From Vicugna vicugna (taxonomy: Eukaryota), in the NCBI GenBank assembly GCA_013265495.1, contig MU058000.1, forward strand, positions 620,001 through 684,000: a stretch of DNA of 64,000 nt. The letters run 5' to 3'. The translations under genes and the position numbers were made by a program. This document shows, piece by piece, positions 1 to 16,539 of the stretch; the stretch's first letter is position 1; each line of letters begins with the position of its first letter. Under the pieces are notes generated by a model that saw only the letters and a list, made by a program, of their open reading frames with translations, searched no databases and was not told the origin of the DNA.

Positions 1-279
1 AACAAGTATGTTCTCAAATAATTTGTAAGTAATCTATTCTTTGGAGTAGAAATACTCATTTAATACAGTATGTTAATTATACTGATTTTTAGTTACACCT
101 TCTTGGTGTGAATTCAGTACAATTTAAATTTCTGTGTGCCTGGAAAATACAACCACCATTTTAAAAAACTATTAAGAATTTGTAACAGTTTAATATTCAT
201 ATGGATATCTCACCCTCCTTAGGTGTAGAATTTAATGGTATTTTTTTTTGATAAATGTAACTTATTACAATGTAAAGTA

Positions 280-3200
280 TTTTCCTTTCCAAACTATAGT
301 TTTATTTTGTTATATATATGACAATGTTATACACCAGTAAACAAAGCAAGCAACATTACTTTTTTTAAATAACATCTTTAATTAAAGTTTTTGCAAAGGT
401 AAAATATTAAACTTAAAATAGGTCTTAGTACATCAAAATACTAAGTTCTCTAATTGTATTCCAAGATGGTCTTTAAAACATAATATCTCATATATCACAG
501 AAGAGCAACCTTGATCTGCAATTGTACAGAATGAATTTTACAAACATAATAAATATATTTACGCCCTTACACATAACAGTATGTACAACAGCAGTTGACA
601 ATAGTAGCTCAGAACAGCAAAAAGGATTAGCCCCTCCCCCCAAATTGTAGCCCTGACGCATACTGGATTGGTTTAAGGAAACTTGACTGAAATAGTAGTT
701 ACTAACTCATAGGTAGTTTCTTCCCTTAAAAGAGAAGAAAAAAATTTTTTCTTGTTCCTCAAAATAAACAAAAATATGAAGTCTGGCGTATTCTTCCTTA
801 AACCATAAAAAATGACAAAAGATAGACTAAGGCAGGCTTAAAAAGGGAATATAAACCTCAGAATAATTTCCATAGCATAATAGATTAAAATGCAAAACTA
901 TTTAACATAAACCCCATGAGGAAATATATGAAGCAACTTTTTAAACCACTGAATTCAAAATCTGAAATAGCTGATTCAGACAGATAGGTGGGAGATAGAC
1001 ATATGAATTAAAATGAAAATGTACAAAGATGGATCAATTAAAATATTACATTGCACAAAAGCTCAAAAAAGTTCAAGATGAAATAATCTGAAAATATAGG
1101 AATTTTCTCAACTGGAAGAAAAAGCTAATTTATAAAGGGAACTCCCAAGAGGAAATTATGTCTGTTTTCCTGTACAAGGTGTATCTACCTTCTGAAAAAA
1201 ATGGTGATATTATTGCTATAAGATAATCAAAAATTACTCTTAGAAGGAGACAACCCTTTTCATTTCTCCATAAAAGCCAGAAAAAATAAGAAAACCAAAT
1301 CCTTGATTTTCACTATAGTAAAAGAAAATCTTTATACAAAAGCTATTATATTTTTATGTTCTTGCTGTCTAAAACCAGAATCTTGTTAGAATACGCTTTT
1401 CAAGAACACATTTTAGTCACTATATATACCGTTCAAATCCTGATGTATTCCAAGAAGAATAACATCAAGTTGGCTTTGATTTTGAGACGCAACAATATAT
1501 ATGTGATATTATGATGGCATTTAATTAACACAAAGAAATGTGAACATTTAAAAAAATATAAAAGCTCAATATATAAAGATCCCCCTCATATAACAGACAT
1601 TTTACTCTAAAAACTAATTGCACATTAAAGAGTTGTTTTAGCCAAATGTGGCGCTCCAGAGAAATAAATGTGCTCTCAGGCATTCAAATGGTCTGATTAT
1701 CCAAATGACCACCAAAAAAACTACATACACTGAAAGGCACAAATTTCCACACTTTATCTAGTACTTTTGTGTAAATTTTCCTTAGCATTGCTGATTGTTA
1801 ATTTTTTTTTTAAATAAAAGGTGCCATCATCATCTGTGCAAATCTAAACAAATCCTCTTCGTTTCTGAAACCTTAACTTACTTCATAATACCAAGTCTGA
1901 ACTATTTTCCCGCTTTGTATAAACATGTTATCTTCATTTTAAAATTCTGAAAGTGGAAATCCTTGCCTTTTCAAAGGAATGACATTTTTATGGAAACTAA
2001 TGAAATGATTTGTTAAACAAAATGTTAAAAGCATGATTAAGAATTCAAGTACAATAAAAGCAAGTGGCATTCTTATTGCAAGCCACTATAATAAAACTAA
2101 AACATGCTATTTGAATAGAAAGGAACACGATGCAGTAATATATAAGAGCACAATTTGGTATGCAGTGCTGTTTGGACCAGCTTTCAGAATTTTCACAAGT
2201 AAAAGAAAAGCATTTGCCAAGTATGCCATAATTAATAAGCAATACACAGGTGCAAGTACAAATGGTTATTTCCCTAGTGAGTCACTCTCAAAGCATTGGT
2301 TGTTCATGTTGGAATATAACATTATTAAAAAAAAAAAGCCAGTATACAATTTTATTATGGAAACAAATGTTTATCTATATAAAGGGCCCAAAACATGAGC
2401 TGAGTATCATATAGTAATCCAAAGTTCAGTAGTATAAGAACTACTAGACAGCCTAAGGGTTTCCATCAACACTGCAGCACTGCTACTTTTATAGGTAGTT
2501 CAGGTCATTGGCTTCTTCACTGGGTAAATATAAACCTACTAGCAACTATACTGAAGGACAACTGAGTAACAGGGCTTCTGTGATTTCATCACCTTCTCTC
2601 TCTTCTCCCAGTCTCAATAAAAACAAAAAAACCCGTGTGCTTTGATAGTAGTGGGGTTAACAAATAAACCTCCAAAAAACTAAATTAATATAGTAAAAAT
2701 AAAAACCGTATTTACCAGTTATGGCATCTAAATAAAACCTAACTACTAGCATGCTAGAAACCACCATTTACACCAAAGTTCAGAGCATAAGTTAAAGGAA
2801 CCTAGTTGGTACATGGGATGGGAAGTAGGAAAAAAATTTTTTGATTAGCCTTCTTGAGAAGTTTAAAGCTTTGTGTGAAAAAAAGAAAAAACAATATATA
2901 ACAGCTCACAGTTTTTCTTTGCAATGTACTTTAAAGTGTTTCTGTGTTAACTTCTGAAAACACACACAGGGGCAAATAAAAGGAAGACAAAAATGGAAGA
3001 CTTAGAAAAAAAATCAATATGCAAGTAACTTAAACACATGTGAATTCTGTCAAGATAAACCATGAAAAGAATTAGTTTTAAGAACACAAAGGTGAAAAAA
3101 TGTGTTCCTACAGTTATCCCAGGTAGCTTGTTCACACTGAACACAACTACATTATTCTTTAGAGCCCATTACAGAATACAGAGCAATGCTCTCTTAATAC

Positions 3201-4485
3201 ACATATTAAATTTCTACTTTTTTAAATATACAAGTCAAATTTCTATGCTTTCTTCCCGGTGTGCAAACTGGAGCCCATGTCTATATTATCAACGGCCTGG
3301 AAGGGCCACCAAATGAAAGAGAGGTCAATATGTACTTAGTGGCCCACCCACTACTAACCCCAAAATTTCCCCCCAGATTACAAAGTTGTATTTTAAAAAA
3401 TCTGTTTGATCAGAATAATAGTTTTTAAACTCTTTACTAGTAAACACAAGAAACTTTCATAATTACCAAATTGTTTAATAAAAATCCAAGTCCTCACCAC
3501 CTGCCCAATGCTTCAATCAATGCACAGAATGTGAACTGAGTGTTTAACTTAGACTAAACACATATATAAGCATACACTTTAGCCCGATAGGAAAAAAAAT
3601 CTGTATCTATGTATATGTATATCATTTCAGCTGGATGATACCTTTGTGCAATAAAACCGTATTCCTGAGGAGCCACTTTTGGGTTTCTTTTTAAGGTCTG
3701 GGACTAGAAGAAACAAATACAGTTTTTCTGTAAGGAAACTGAAACTGTCATTTCAATTCTGCTCAACTCAGATGAGACCCAACTCTTTACACTACAGTTA
3801 GTAAGTGTGAGAATCTAATGAAAATAAATATCCAATTCTTGGGTCAAGTTCTGTCTCCAAACTGTGATCACTGATTACTTCCTAAACTCTTAAACAGATG
3901 TTTCATAAGGCAGGGAAGGAAGAGATACATTACCGAGGGAGAATAGCAAGTAAAAATATTTAAGACCTATTATGAGAGTTCTCTATTGTTTCCTTATACA
4001 AGTGAGTTAAAATTCAACCTCATAATCTTTACCCTTTTGTAAAAAGCTCACACGCAATTTTTACCAAACGTAACCACATACAATAAGCAGTTTCAGTTCA
4101 ATCTATCAAAAGGGAAATTTCTTCAGTTCATTCCAACCAGTATCTTCTGATTGAACCAAGCTGGAGGAAGGAATATAGACAAAGCTTTACATGCTAATTA
4201 CCGATGGCAGGTACTTGTATTTAAAATCGACAATTATGGTTTTCCTACACAAAATCCCAACCCCCCACCCCAATGACCCCAGGTGCTACAGTTCCATGGC
4301 TTGCCAGTTAGAAGTAGTGTCTATGTTGTCAAGGTCTCTTTGTTCCAGTAGCTCTGCTTCTACTGTACTTTTCTGACATGCAGAAGTTAAGTTTTGGTTG
4401 GTGTATGTCCGAAGTTTCAAACTGTCCACTTTAAATTTTTTTTAAGTTTCTTTTGTTTTATTTATAAAAGAAAAGAGCCAACTCT
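280..4485 (-). other. GTF2A1: GTF2A1 long AU-rich 3' UTR (distal end approximate)
   Basis: AT-rich sequence without recognisable repeats after the stop; candidate distal AATAAA at 306-301; proximal AATAAA at 4462-4457. Confidence 0.65.
301..306 (-). terminator. Candidate distal polyadenylation signal AATAAA
   Basis: Plus strand reads tttatt at the end of the UTR-like stretch; usage cannot be shown from sequence. Confidence 0.5.
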
Positions 4486-4593
4486 TCACCATTCTGCATC
4501 TCCAATGGCTTTGGAAAAAATATAATCTCTTCCATTAAGATTCATAATGCCATCCTTGAGATGAAATTTCCATTTGTTTTTACTTCTGTGTAT
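4486..4593 (-). CDS. GTF2A1: GTF2A1 exon 9 coding part (IHRSKNKWKFHLKDGIMNLNGRDYIFSKAIGDAEW*)
   Basis: 108 nt; acceptor TTTAG; TGA at 4488-4486; exon lengths sum to 1128 nt = 375 aa plus stop. Confidence 0.98.
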   Translation of the reverse strand: MHRSKNKWKFHLKDGIMNLNGRDYIFSKAIGDAEW

Positions 4594-4704
4594 CTAAACA
4601 AACAAACAAAAGATGTTTGAGATAAAATCAAGACATGGGAAACAAACAACAAAAAGCCCTTCACACACCAAAAACCTTTGCCTTACATTTGCAAATTTGC
4701 TTCA

Positions 4705-7700
4705 TTTTTTTTAATTGAGATAACTGACACACATTAGTTTTGGGTATACAACTCGTTATTTGTGTGTATTATGAAATGATCCCCACAGTAAGTCTAGTTA
4801 ATAGTTAACATCCATCACCATACACAGCTACAAATTTTCTTCCAGTGATGAGGACTTTAAAGATCTTCTCTTAGCAACTTTCAAATATACAGTATTATTA
4901 GCCATAGATACCATACTGTAAATTATTTCCTCATAACTTATTTTATAACTGTAAGTTTGTATCTTTTGATCACCTCCACCCATTTCACCTACCTCCCACC
5001 CCTTGCCTCTGGCAATCATAAATCTGTTCTCTGTACTGTGAGTACACTTTTTTTTTTTGTTTTAGAGTCCACATATATAAGTGAGATCACATGGTATTGG
5101 TCTTTCTCTGACTTACTTCACTTAGCATAATGCACTCAGAATCCATCCATGTTGTTGCAAATGGCAAGATTTCCTTTTCTATGGCTGAATGAGATTCACA
5201 TATCTCACATTTTCTTTATCCATTGACGGACTTAAGATTGCTTCTGTACCTTGGCTATTGTAAACAGTGCTGCAACAACCATGGGGGTGCACATTTTTTC
5301 AAGTTAGCTTTTTCATTTCTTTTGGATAAAAAAATACCCTGAAGTAGAAATGCTGAATCATACGGTAGTTCTATTTTTAATGAACCTCTATATTGTGCAC
5401 CCATTTACATTCAACCAACACTGCAAAAGGGTTCCCTTTTCTCTACATCCTCACCAACATTGTTAATTCTTGCTTTTTTAATAAACATTTCTAACAGGTG
5501 TGAGGTGGTATCTCGTTATGGTTTTGATTTGCATTTCCCTGATGATTAGCGACGCTGAGTGCCTTCTCATGTACATGCTGGCCATTGGGATATCTTCTTT
5601 GGGAAAACGTATATTCAGATCTTCTGGCCATTTTAAAATCATATTTGTTTTTGTTTGTTTGTTTTGCTATTGAATTGTATGAGTTCCTTATATACTTTGG
5701 AAATCAACTCCTTATTAGATACATGATTTGAAATATTTTCTCCCATTCTGTAGGCTGCCTTTTCATTTTGTTGATGGCTTTCTTTGCAGAAGTTTTTTTA
5801 ATTTAATGTAGACCCACTTGTTTATTTTTGCATTTGTTGCCTTTGCTTTTGGTGTCAAATCCAGAAAAGCATCACCAATGTAAAGGAGCTTCTCACTTAT
5901 GTTTTCTTCTGGGAGTTTTATGATTTCAGTTCTTACTTAAAGTCTTTCATCCATTTTGAGTTGGGTTTTGTGTAAGTTTCATTCTTTTCTATGCGGCTGT
6001 TCAGTTTTCACAGCACCATTTACTGAAGAGACTGTCCCTTCCCCCATTTTATATTCTTGGCGCCTCTGTCATAAATTAAGTGGCTACATATGTATGGGTT
6101 TATTTCTGGGCTCTTTTCTATTCCATTTATCTATGTACCTGTTTTTATGCCAATATACTGTTTCAATTACTATAGCTATGTAATATAGTTTGAAATCAGG
6201 ATACACAATGCCTCAGATTTGTTCTTCTTTCTCAATATTGCTATGGCTATTCTGTGTCTTTTGTGGTTCAATAAAAATTTTAGGGTTGTTCGTTCTAGTT
6301 CTGTGAAAAAGGCCATTGGAATTTCGAGAGTGGCTGCACTGAATCTGAAAATTGCTTTGGGTACTGTGTACATTTTAACAATATCAATTCTTCTAATCTA
6401 AGAGCACTGGAACATCTTTCCATTTATTTGTGTCTTCTTCAATTTCTTTCATCAGTATTGCATAGTTTTCAGCGTACAGGACTTGTCCTTCATTTTCCTG
6501 GTTAAATTTATTCCTAGGTGTTTTACTCTTTTTGATGCAACTGTAAATGGGACTGTTTTCTTAATTTCTCTGATAATTCACTATGTATATAGAAACAGGT
6601 ATTTTATATACTGATATTTGTATCCTACAACTTTACTGAATTCATTTATTACTTCTAAAAAATTTTTGGTGGAGTCTTTAGGTTTTGTATGTGTAATAAT
6701 ATCATCATGTCATCTGCAAGCAGTGACAGTTTCCATCTTCCTTTCTGATTTGGATGCCTTGTGCTTCTTCTTGCCCAACTGCTCTAGCTAGGACTTCCAA
6801 TACTATGTTGAAGGAAAGTGGCAGGAGTGGGCATGCTAGTTTTGTTCCCGATCTTAGAGAAAAAGCTTTCAGCTTTTCACCATGAGTATAATGTTACCTG
6901 TGGGCTTATCATACATGCTCTTTATTATGTTCAGGTACATTGCTTTCATAACCACTTTGTTGACTTTTTATCATAAATGAATGTTGAATTCTATGAAGTA
7001 CTTCTTCAGCATATATTGAGATGATCATGATTTTTATCCTTTGTTTGTTAACATGGTATATCACACTGATTTGCAGATGGTGAACCTTCCTTGCATCACT
7101 GGAATAAAACCTACTTAATCATGGGATTTATCTCATCATCTTTTTAATGTGTTGTTGAATTAGGTTTGCTAGTATTTTGTTAAGGATTTCTACATCTGTG
7201 TTCATCAAGGGATACTGATCTATGGTTTTCTTTTCTTTTGGCATCTTTGTCTGGTTTTGGTATAAGGTAATACAAACCTCACAAATTGAGTTTGAGAAGT
7301 GTTCCCTCCTCTTCTATTTTTTGGAAGAGTTTGAGAAGGATTGGTATTAATTCCTCTTGAAATGTTTGGTAGAACTCACCAGTAAAGCCATCTGGTCCTG
7401 GACTTTTGTTTGTTGGGAGATTTTTGATGACTGATTCAATTTCCTTACTAATAATCAGTCTGTTCAGGTTTTCTGTATCTTTATGATTGAGTCTTGGTAC
7501 GCAGTACTTTGCTAGGAATTTATCCATTTCTTCTAGGTTGTCCAATCTGTTGGTATATAATTGTTAGCAGCAGCCTCTTACGATTCTTTGTATTTGTGCT
7601 GTGTGTTATCACTGTAACATCTCTTTCACTTCAGATTTTGAGTGCTCTCGTTTCTTGATGAGTCTAGCTAAAGGTTTATCAATTCTATCTTTTCAAAGAA

Positions 7701-8097
7701 TCAGCTCCTAGATTCACTGATTTTTTTCTTATTGTCTTTTTAGTCTCCATTTACTTCCACTCTGATCTTTGTTATTTCCTTCCTTCTGCCAACTCTGGGC
7801 TTTGTTTGTTCTTCTTTTCCTAGTTCCTTCAGTTATCAAAAGTTAGGTTGTTTGAGATTTTTGTTTCTTGATGTGGGCATTTTGGCTGCTGCTGCATCCT
7901 GCAAGCTTTGGTATATTGTATTTCCATTGTCATTTGTCTCAAGTTTTTTTGTTTTTGTTTTTTGTTTTTTTTTAGTTCTCTTTTGATTTCTTCTTTGACT
8001 CATTGGTTGTTCAGTAGCATATTGTTTTATCTCCAAATACTTGGGAATTTTCCACTTCTCTTCTTATAATCTCTAATTTCATACCACTGTGGTCAGA
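4705..8097 (-). mobile_element. 5'-truncated decayed L1 (ORF2 remnant plus 3' UTR)
   Basis: ORF fragments [16 protein letters not shown] (7279..7545) and [10 protein letters not shown] (6176..6373) are L1 ORF2 motifs; T-run at 4705. Confidence 0.92.
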
Positions 8098-10149
8098 TAA
8101 ATTGGTTTCTTAATAAAGTTTAATCTGAACAAAACAAAACAAAAAAACAAACCCATTCACTCACGAGATGGGTTTTTAAAAAATAAACCTACCCAAAATT
8201 AGTATTATTTTATGGCTCTTGGCACTGTGTTCATTAAGGTAGTTAGTATTTCTCTGCAAAATATCTTATCTCTACCAGGTCTGCATATACACATGTCCGT
8301 TTTTCACAGGAAATTTTATACTGACAAATTTAAAACAGGAATACCCTTTGTTTTACCTGATGCATCTAGACTACTGCCTTGTCTTTTTCTCTGTTACTCC
8401 TTTTATGTCGGTACCATTTGCTCAACCTTAGGCTTGTCTTCATTCTTCTCATTACTGACCACCAGGACATTACCCCTCCTCAAAGGTGACATGTTTACAA
8501 TCATTCTCTTCCTCTTCCTCACATATATTAACAACTTTCACATTGCTGACCTTGTGGTCATAGTATTAGTATTATATTTATATTATTATGAATGTCACTA
8601 GTAGTATTTCTAACCTCTAATTACTTTATCTTTAATTCTACTTTAGTTAACTTCAGGACACCTGGCAACTGAGGCCATCAATAATCTTCTAGTTATCGTA
8701 TCAACAGCCTCCTGTCACATAATCCATTACAATAAACTTCTAACTGATTTCTAGGCCTTAACTCTCTCCTTCCTTCCACTCAGAAAGACTGCTGTCAGAA
8801 GCACACTTCTGAACAATCACTTCTGCTTGGTTGTTTCTAAATGACTTGGTAGTAACTCACCTTTCCAAACTCATTTCCTACTTCCACATTCCTCAAAAAC
8901 TGTATTTCAATCAAAAGAATCATCCCTTCCTTCCATTTTTACAAATTCAATTCCTATTTCAAGACCCATCTCAAAAATATTGTGCCCTCCACAAAGCTTT
9001 CCCTAATTGCTCCACCTAAAAGGTACTCTTTCTTACTGATTAATTCTCAATGCATTCCCAGAGACATCTCTAGCCTCAGTGGAAGTATATATAGTTATGG
9101 ACTTAACCTCTTCCACGAAAATAAAACTCCTCACAGCTTTCTCGAGACGTAACATGGAACCTTATACACGGCATCATTTAACAAATACATCTGAGGGAAC
9201 GCTGATCATCTAGTCACTCAGAGTGGATTTCAAAAATTGGGTATATCCACAGTTAAGTCAATGGGGAAAGGGCAGAATTCAAATTGCGCCAGGTCCTGGG
9301 CACATCCTCCTCTGTCTTCATTTCTAGTTTTCAGTTGTTTACAATTCTGTGGATTCAGCAGAAAGAGGAGCTATAAAACTTAATCAACTGAAAAGACATT
9401 TCTTCCCTTTCCTAGAAAGTACTACTCATTATTCAATGTTCAGTTCAAGTTCCACACCTTCTTTTAGGGGAGAAAAAAAAAAAGACTCACTCTTCTTTGA
9501 TTTAAAGAAATCTCAAAATCAAGTAGTTCTGGCTTTCATTTTCAAAAGAGGAAATTACAGCCTGGAGAGGTTCAATGACTTGACCAAAGGCATAATGCTA
9601 TTAAGTGACAAAGATGATTCTCTTGTCCAGATCCAATATGCTTTCTACTAAATCAGGCCGTTCCATGTAACAATGCAGAAATACTCACAATGTACAGATA
9701 TTTTCTCAGATCTCATTCCTAAAATTCCATGGTCTAACTTCTCAGCGCATTCTCCAAGGCATATTCTTAGCAAACTGTTGTTCAGTGTCTGCTTGAGTAT
9801 GATTAGAACTTGGGGGTGGGGCAAAGAATTGAAAATTAAATCATTCCTTTCTGGGACAGCTCTCTCAAGTCTTTCATACTTTACCCTTTAGTAAAATCTG
9901 CTTACTACCAACTTCCACTATTGATTCTAACTCTGCCTTCTGTGACTTAAAACAAAACAACTTCATATTTGAAAACCACTCTCATGCTCTTCCTCTAGAT
10001 CACTAACTTAAGCTATATACCTATGTAACATTTATAAATTTCTTATTAAAACAAAAGAGTACCATAAAAGTGAAAAGAGTAGTCAGGGCAGGGACTCTTG
10101 CACTAAGTGGTCTTATAACTCTGGTCTAATTACACTATGTAGATATTAA

Positions 10150-12770
<2,621 letters not shown>

Positions 12771-15051
12771 CTGTCTCCTCTTTTGACTTCTTATAAAGTA
12801 TTAACTATCCTAAAAATGGGTATACAAATTTATTTCCAGAATGAACCGAGTGACAACAACCTGAGAGACAATGGAATTATATAAACAAATGATGACCGGC
12901 CAAAAAAGAGGAATTGCACAGACAAGTAAACTGACTGCATTCTGTGGCAAGACAACTTGCAAAAAAGCAAACGCAGAAGTTTCACAGATCAAATAATAAT
13001 CCATTTACTAAACAATGAAGTCATATTGAATAATAAATGGTTTAAATAAAACCATAAAATACAACTTGAAAAACAATTCATTTAACTGGCCATAAGTGCT
13101 TCATGAAGGAGTGTCCTGAATGCCAAAGAATGGCCTCTGAAATTTTCTAATGACAAACATAAAATAAAATTACCTATAAATAAGGCTGAGGGCTCAGCAC
13201 CTGTGCAATCAGTCCTTATCCACCCATACTTAAGGGAGAACTCCGACTCATCATTAGGTTTAACTGAGATTCTGATTTGACTGACAACATGATCATTCTA
13301 TGATCACTTCTAAACTTGACTCATTGTTGAGATTCTAAAGTTTAGGCTTCAAAAATAAACTCCTAAAATTCAAATTGGCTCAAACCATACCCAACCACAT
13401 TTTAACCAGTGAACACCATCATCCTTTATTGTTTGCTTTAATGTGAATAGTACCTCCATCAAACCCCAACCCTCCAATCTCCAAACTCATTTGATTCTAA
13501 AAATTAGATCTCTGCAAACTTTAACATTGTTTATCATTCAACACACTACTGAAAGCTAGTTTTCAATTTCTTAGTTTCAAACATTAAAATAATATCTCTT
13601 GGAGCAAAACCAACCAACTGTAACATTTAAAATAGTATGTGTACAATTTGTACCAAAGGAGAATATAACCATTCTTTTGTGAAGATGCCTAAAAGCATAT
13701 TCTTCTGTCAAGCTAAGGTAAAAGTCCTCTTTTCACCAAATAAAACTGGTATCTTGTTATTATGAAACTTTGTTCTGGGTAATTTGGTTCAAGAGGTCCC
13801 CCTGAGGCTTCTTGACAATAAGGTTTATTCCTATTTTCTATTTTTACCTCAATGCTTTTTCTCTACATGAAATTACACGTATTAGAAAAAGCCTGGTGTG
13901 GAGGGTTAAGAACACTCACTCAGAAATCATAATGTACAAAGGCAGATGCTCTGATAACTCTGAATCAATGACCTCACAGTCCCTGTTCTATAACTTCACT
14001 AGTATATAATGGCTTGACTTTTCATTAGGAAATGGTAAGATCCGCTGTCCTGACATTTTCCCTACAGGTCTGTTTTTGCAATAAGCATGGCTATTTATAA
14101 CATTCATTTCTATAAAAGCAACACAAATTTAAAATTTTCATCATTCATAAAGAAAATTCATTCAGGGCACAAGTTTGCATTACCATGACTACAGCTCCAA
14201 TTCCTAGCACAAATATTTAGGCGCTTAATAACTATGCTTAGCTGATGAGTGGTGCTTACAAACAAAACCCAACTGGCAGGGTTTTCAGCACTTGGTAAAG
14301 ACCTCTGCTGAAATTAAATAGTAAAAATGCAATATAATTTGTGGACTTATTATAAACGTAATGATTATAGTAAAAAAACAAATTTTATTAATAATTAAAT
14401 ATCTCATCAATAAAAAAACTCAATCATGCCAGTAACTGTAAAAAAAAAAAAAACTTGGAAAGTAACACTCATTTAAAGAATTAATATCTCAAGGAGTCAA
14501 CAGCTAATTCTCACGAAACCCAGCTTAAAAATTCCTTAATGCTACCAAAATACAACAATGCTAAATAATTTTCAGTAAAACGTATCTGTTTGGTAGTTAT
14601 CAGTCCTGTTTATTGCCCTAGGTCTCTCCTTAGCAAAAAAAAAAAAAAAAAGTTACAGAGATTCAGTTAAAGCCTTTTTGTTTTGAAGTAGTTGAGGTTA
14701 GAGGCAAATCAGGGCTACCCCACTGAAGTACTATTCACATTAAAGGACAATCCCAAAGTGGATTGTTTACTTTGTTAACAATTTGGGAGAGACAGTCTAA
14801 ACTGAAAACAGCATGCCTCTCCTCATGATCTTCATTCATAATTTATTTTTCAAATGTAAAGCTACATGTATTAATTTCTCATTCTATTAAAATAACCTAT
14901 TAAACTATAACAATGTTTTCATTCACACTGTTTATACTGAATATACGGGGCATTGATTAGCTGTCCAAATGTTTGAACAAGGCAGAAAGGATGGTTTAGG
15001 GAAGAAATTACAACAGAAGAAATGCCAGTAATCTTAGGAGAAAACCCTTAC

Positions 15052-15141
15052 CTTATCATATTGGCATACAACAACATTTTCTGTATCAAAGAGTTCCTGT
15101 CCTTCCTCATCACTCACATCATCTTCGCTATTGAGGGGCTC
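15052..15141 (-). CDS. GTF2A1: GTF2A1 exon 8 (EPLNSEDDVSDEEGQELFDTENVVVCQYDK)
   Basis: 90 nt; acceptor TTTGTAG, donor GTAAGG; conserved beta-subunit region. Confidence 0.97.
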
Positions 15142-15979
15142 CTACAAATAAAAAAGAAGAGTTTACCTATTTACACTTCACATGTAACTAGAATAAAGCT
15201 CTTCTAATATTCAATGAAAAGAAACACAATGACCTTGATGTTCTTTGAGAACCAAGGGCCAGACAGATGCATATACATACCATGAATGTATTTTTAAAAC
15301 TTAGTGAAATTACAGCAAGAAATTAAATGTAATTAACAATTAAAATAGTTAAGCTATATAACTTATAAATCTGAAAAAAATGTTTATTTCCTTTATTCTT
15401 TCACAACAGCACTAGGATAATTCTCTCCAATAACTGCTTAAGATGCCTAGAAGTGGACCTAAGAAAATATGATGGCACTATGTACTACCGTATGGTACCA
15501 TTAGATGGTACTAGGCACCAGAAGCAACAGTATAAAAGGGAAAACAATGGTGAAAATGGAGGAGGAAAAGAGGGCTATAAAATAGATAAGCAGTATGGCT
15601 TGTCTTTACGTTAAGGACTAGAACTATATGAATACAAATTAGCACGTCTCCCACTATGATAGTGGAGGCTTACAGCATAATTAACTAAGACATTAAGATT
15701 AAGGTGGGGGGGGTGGAATCTCAAACTCAGTACCAAAGAGAATTAAAGGCCAAGATCTAACTAGAGCATAAAATGACCAACGACATTAAACTTGACCTCA
15801 GTTGTGGCAGAAAATAAAACAAATTTCTAATTAATGGAGAATGAGAAGATATGACAAAATAATAAAAGTGGAGAAAGTAATCAAGATGATATTAAGTCAA
15901 GGCCTATACCTACTCACACACATGGATGTATATATATTGTTTAATTTAAAATAGATATCACCAATGTAAATGCAATAAA

Positions 15980-16450
15980 ATTTTTGAGGTAAAATTTACA
16001 AAACAGAAACTCACCATTTTAACCATTTTGAAGTGTACAATTCAGTCACACTTAGTATATTCATATGTGTACAACCATCACCACTTCCTAACCTTGACCA
16101 ATAAGCAGACACTCACCATTCCCACCTCCCCCCAACCCCTAGCAACCACTAACCTGCTTTCTGGCTTTATAGACTTAACTATCCTGGGTATTTCATATAA
16201 ACAGAGTCATACAATATAAAGACAACACATGTCTGGCTTCTTTAACTTAGCAATCTATTTGAGGTTCATCTATCTACATTGTAGCATATACCAGTACGTT
16301 GTTCTTTTTCATAACTAAATAATATTCCCCTGTCTGGATACACCACATTTTATTCATCTACCTATCATTTGATGGACGTTTGGGTTACTTACATCTTTTG
16401 GATTTTGTGACTAGTGCTGTTATGAACATTCATGTACAACCTTTTGTACA
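15980..16450 (-). mobile_element. Old L1 3' end fragment
   Basis: aagtgtacaattcagt...caaccatcaccac...gcaaccactaacctgctttct pattern typical of L1M 3' ends. Confidence 0.7.
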
Positions 16451-16539
16451 TGAGATAAAGCAGGATGCTGTGTAACCATAAATGGTTCGACTCACTTTTT
16501 GTGAAATTTTAAGCTTGTGTACCCATTTTTAGGATCAAA

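Noticed and set aside
2033..2398. 121-aa plus-strand ORF
   Set aside because: Antisense to the AT-rich GTF2A1 3' UTR with no recognisable homology
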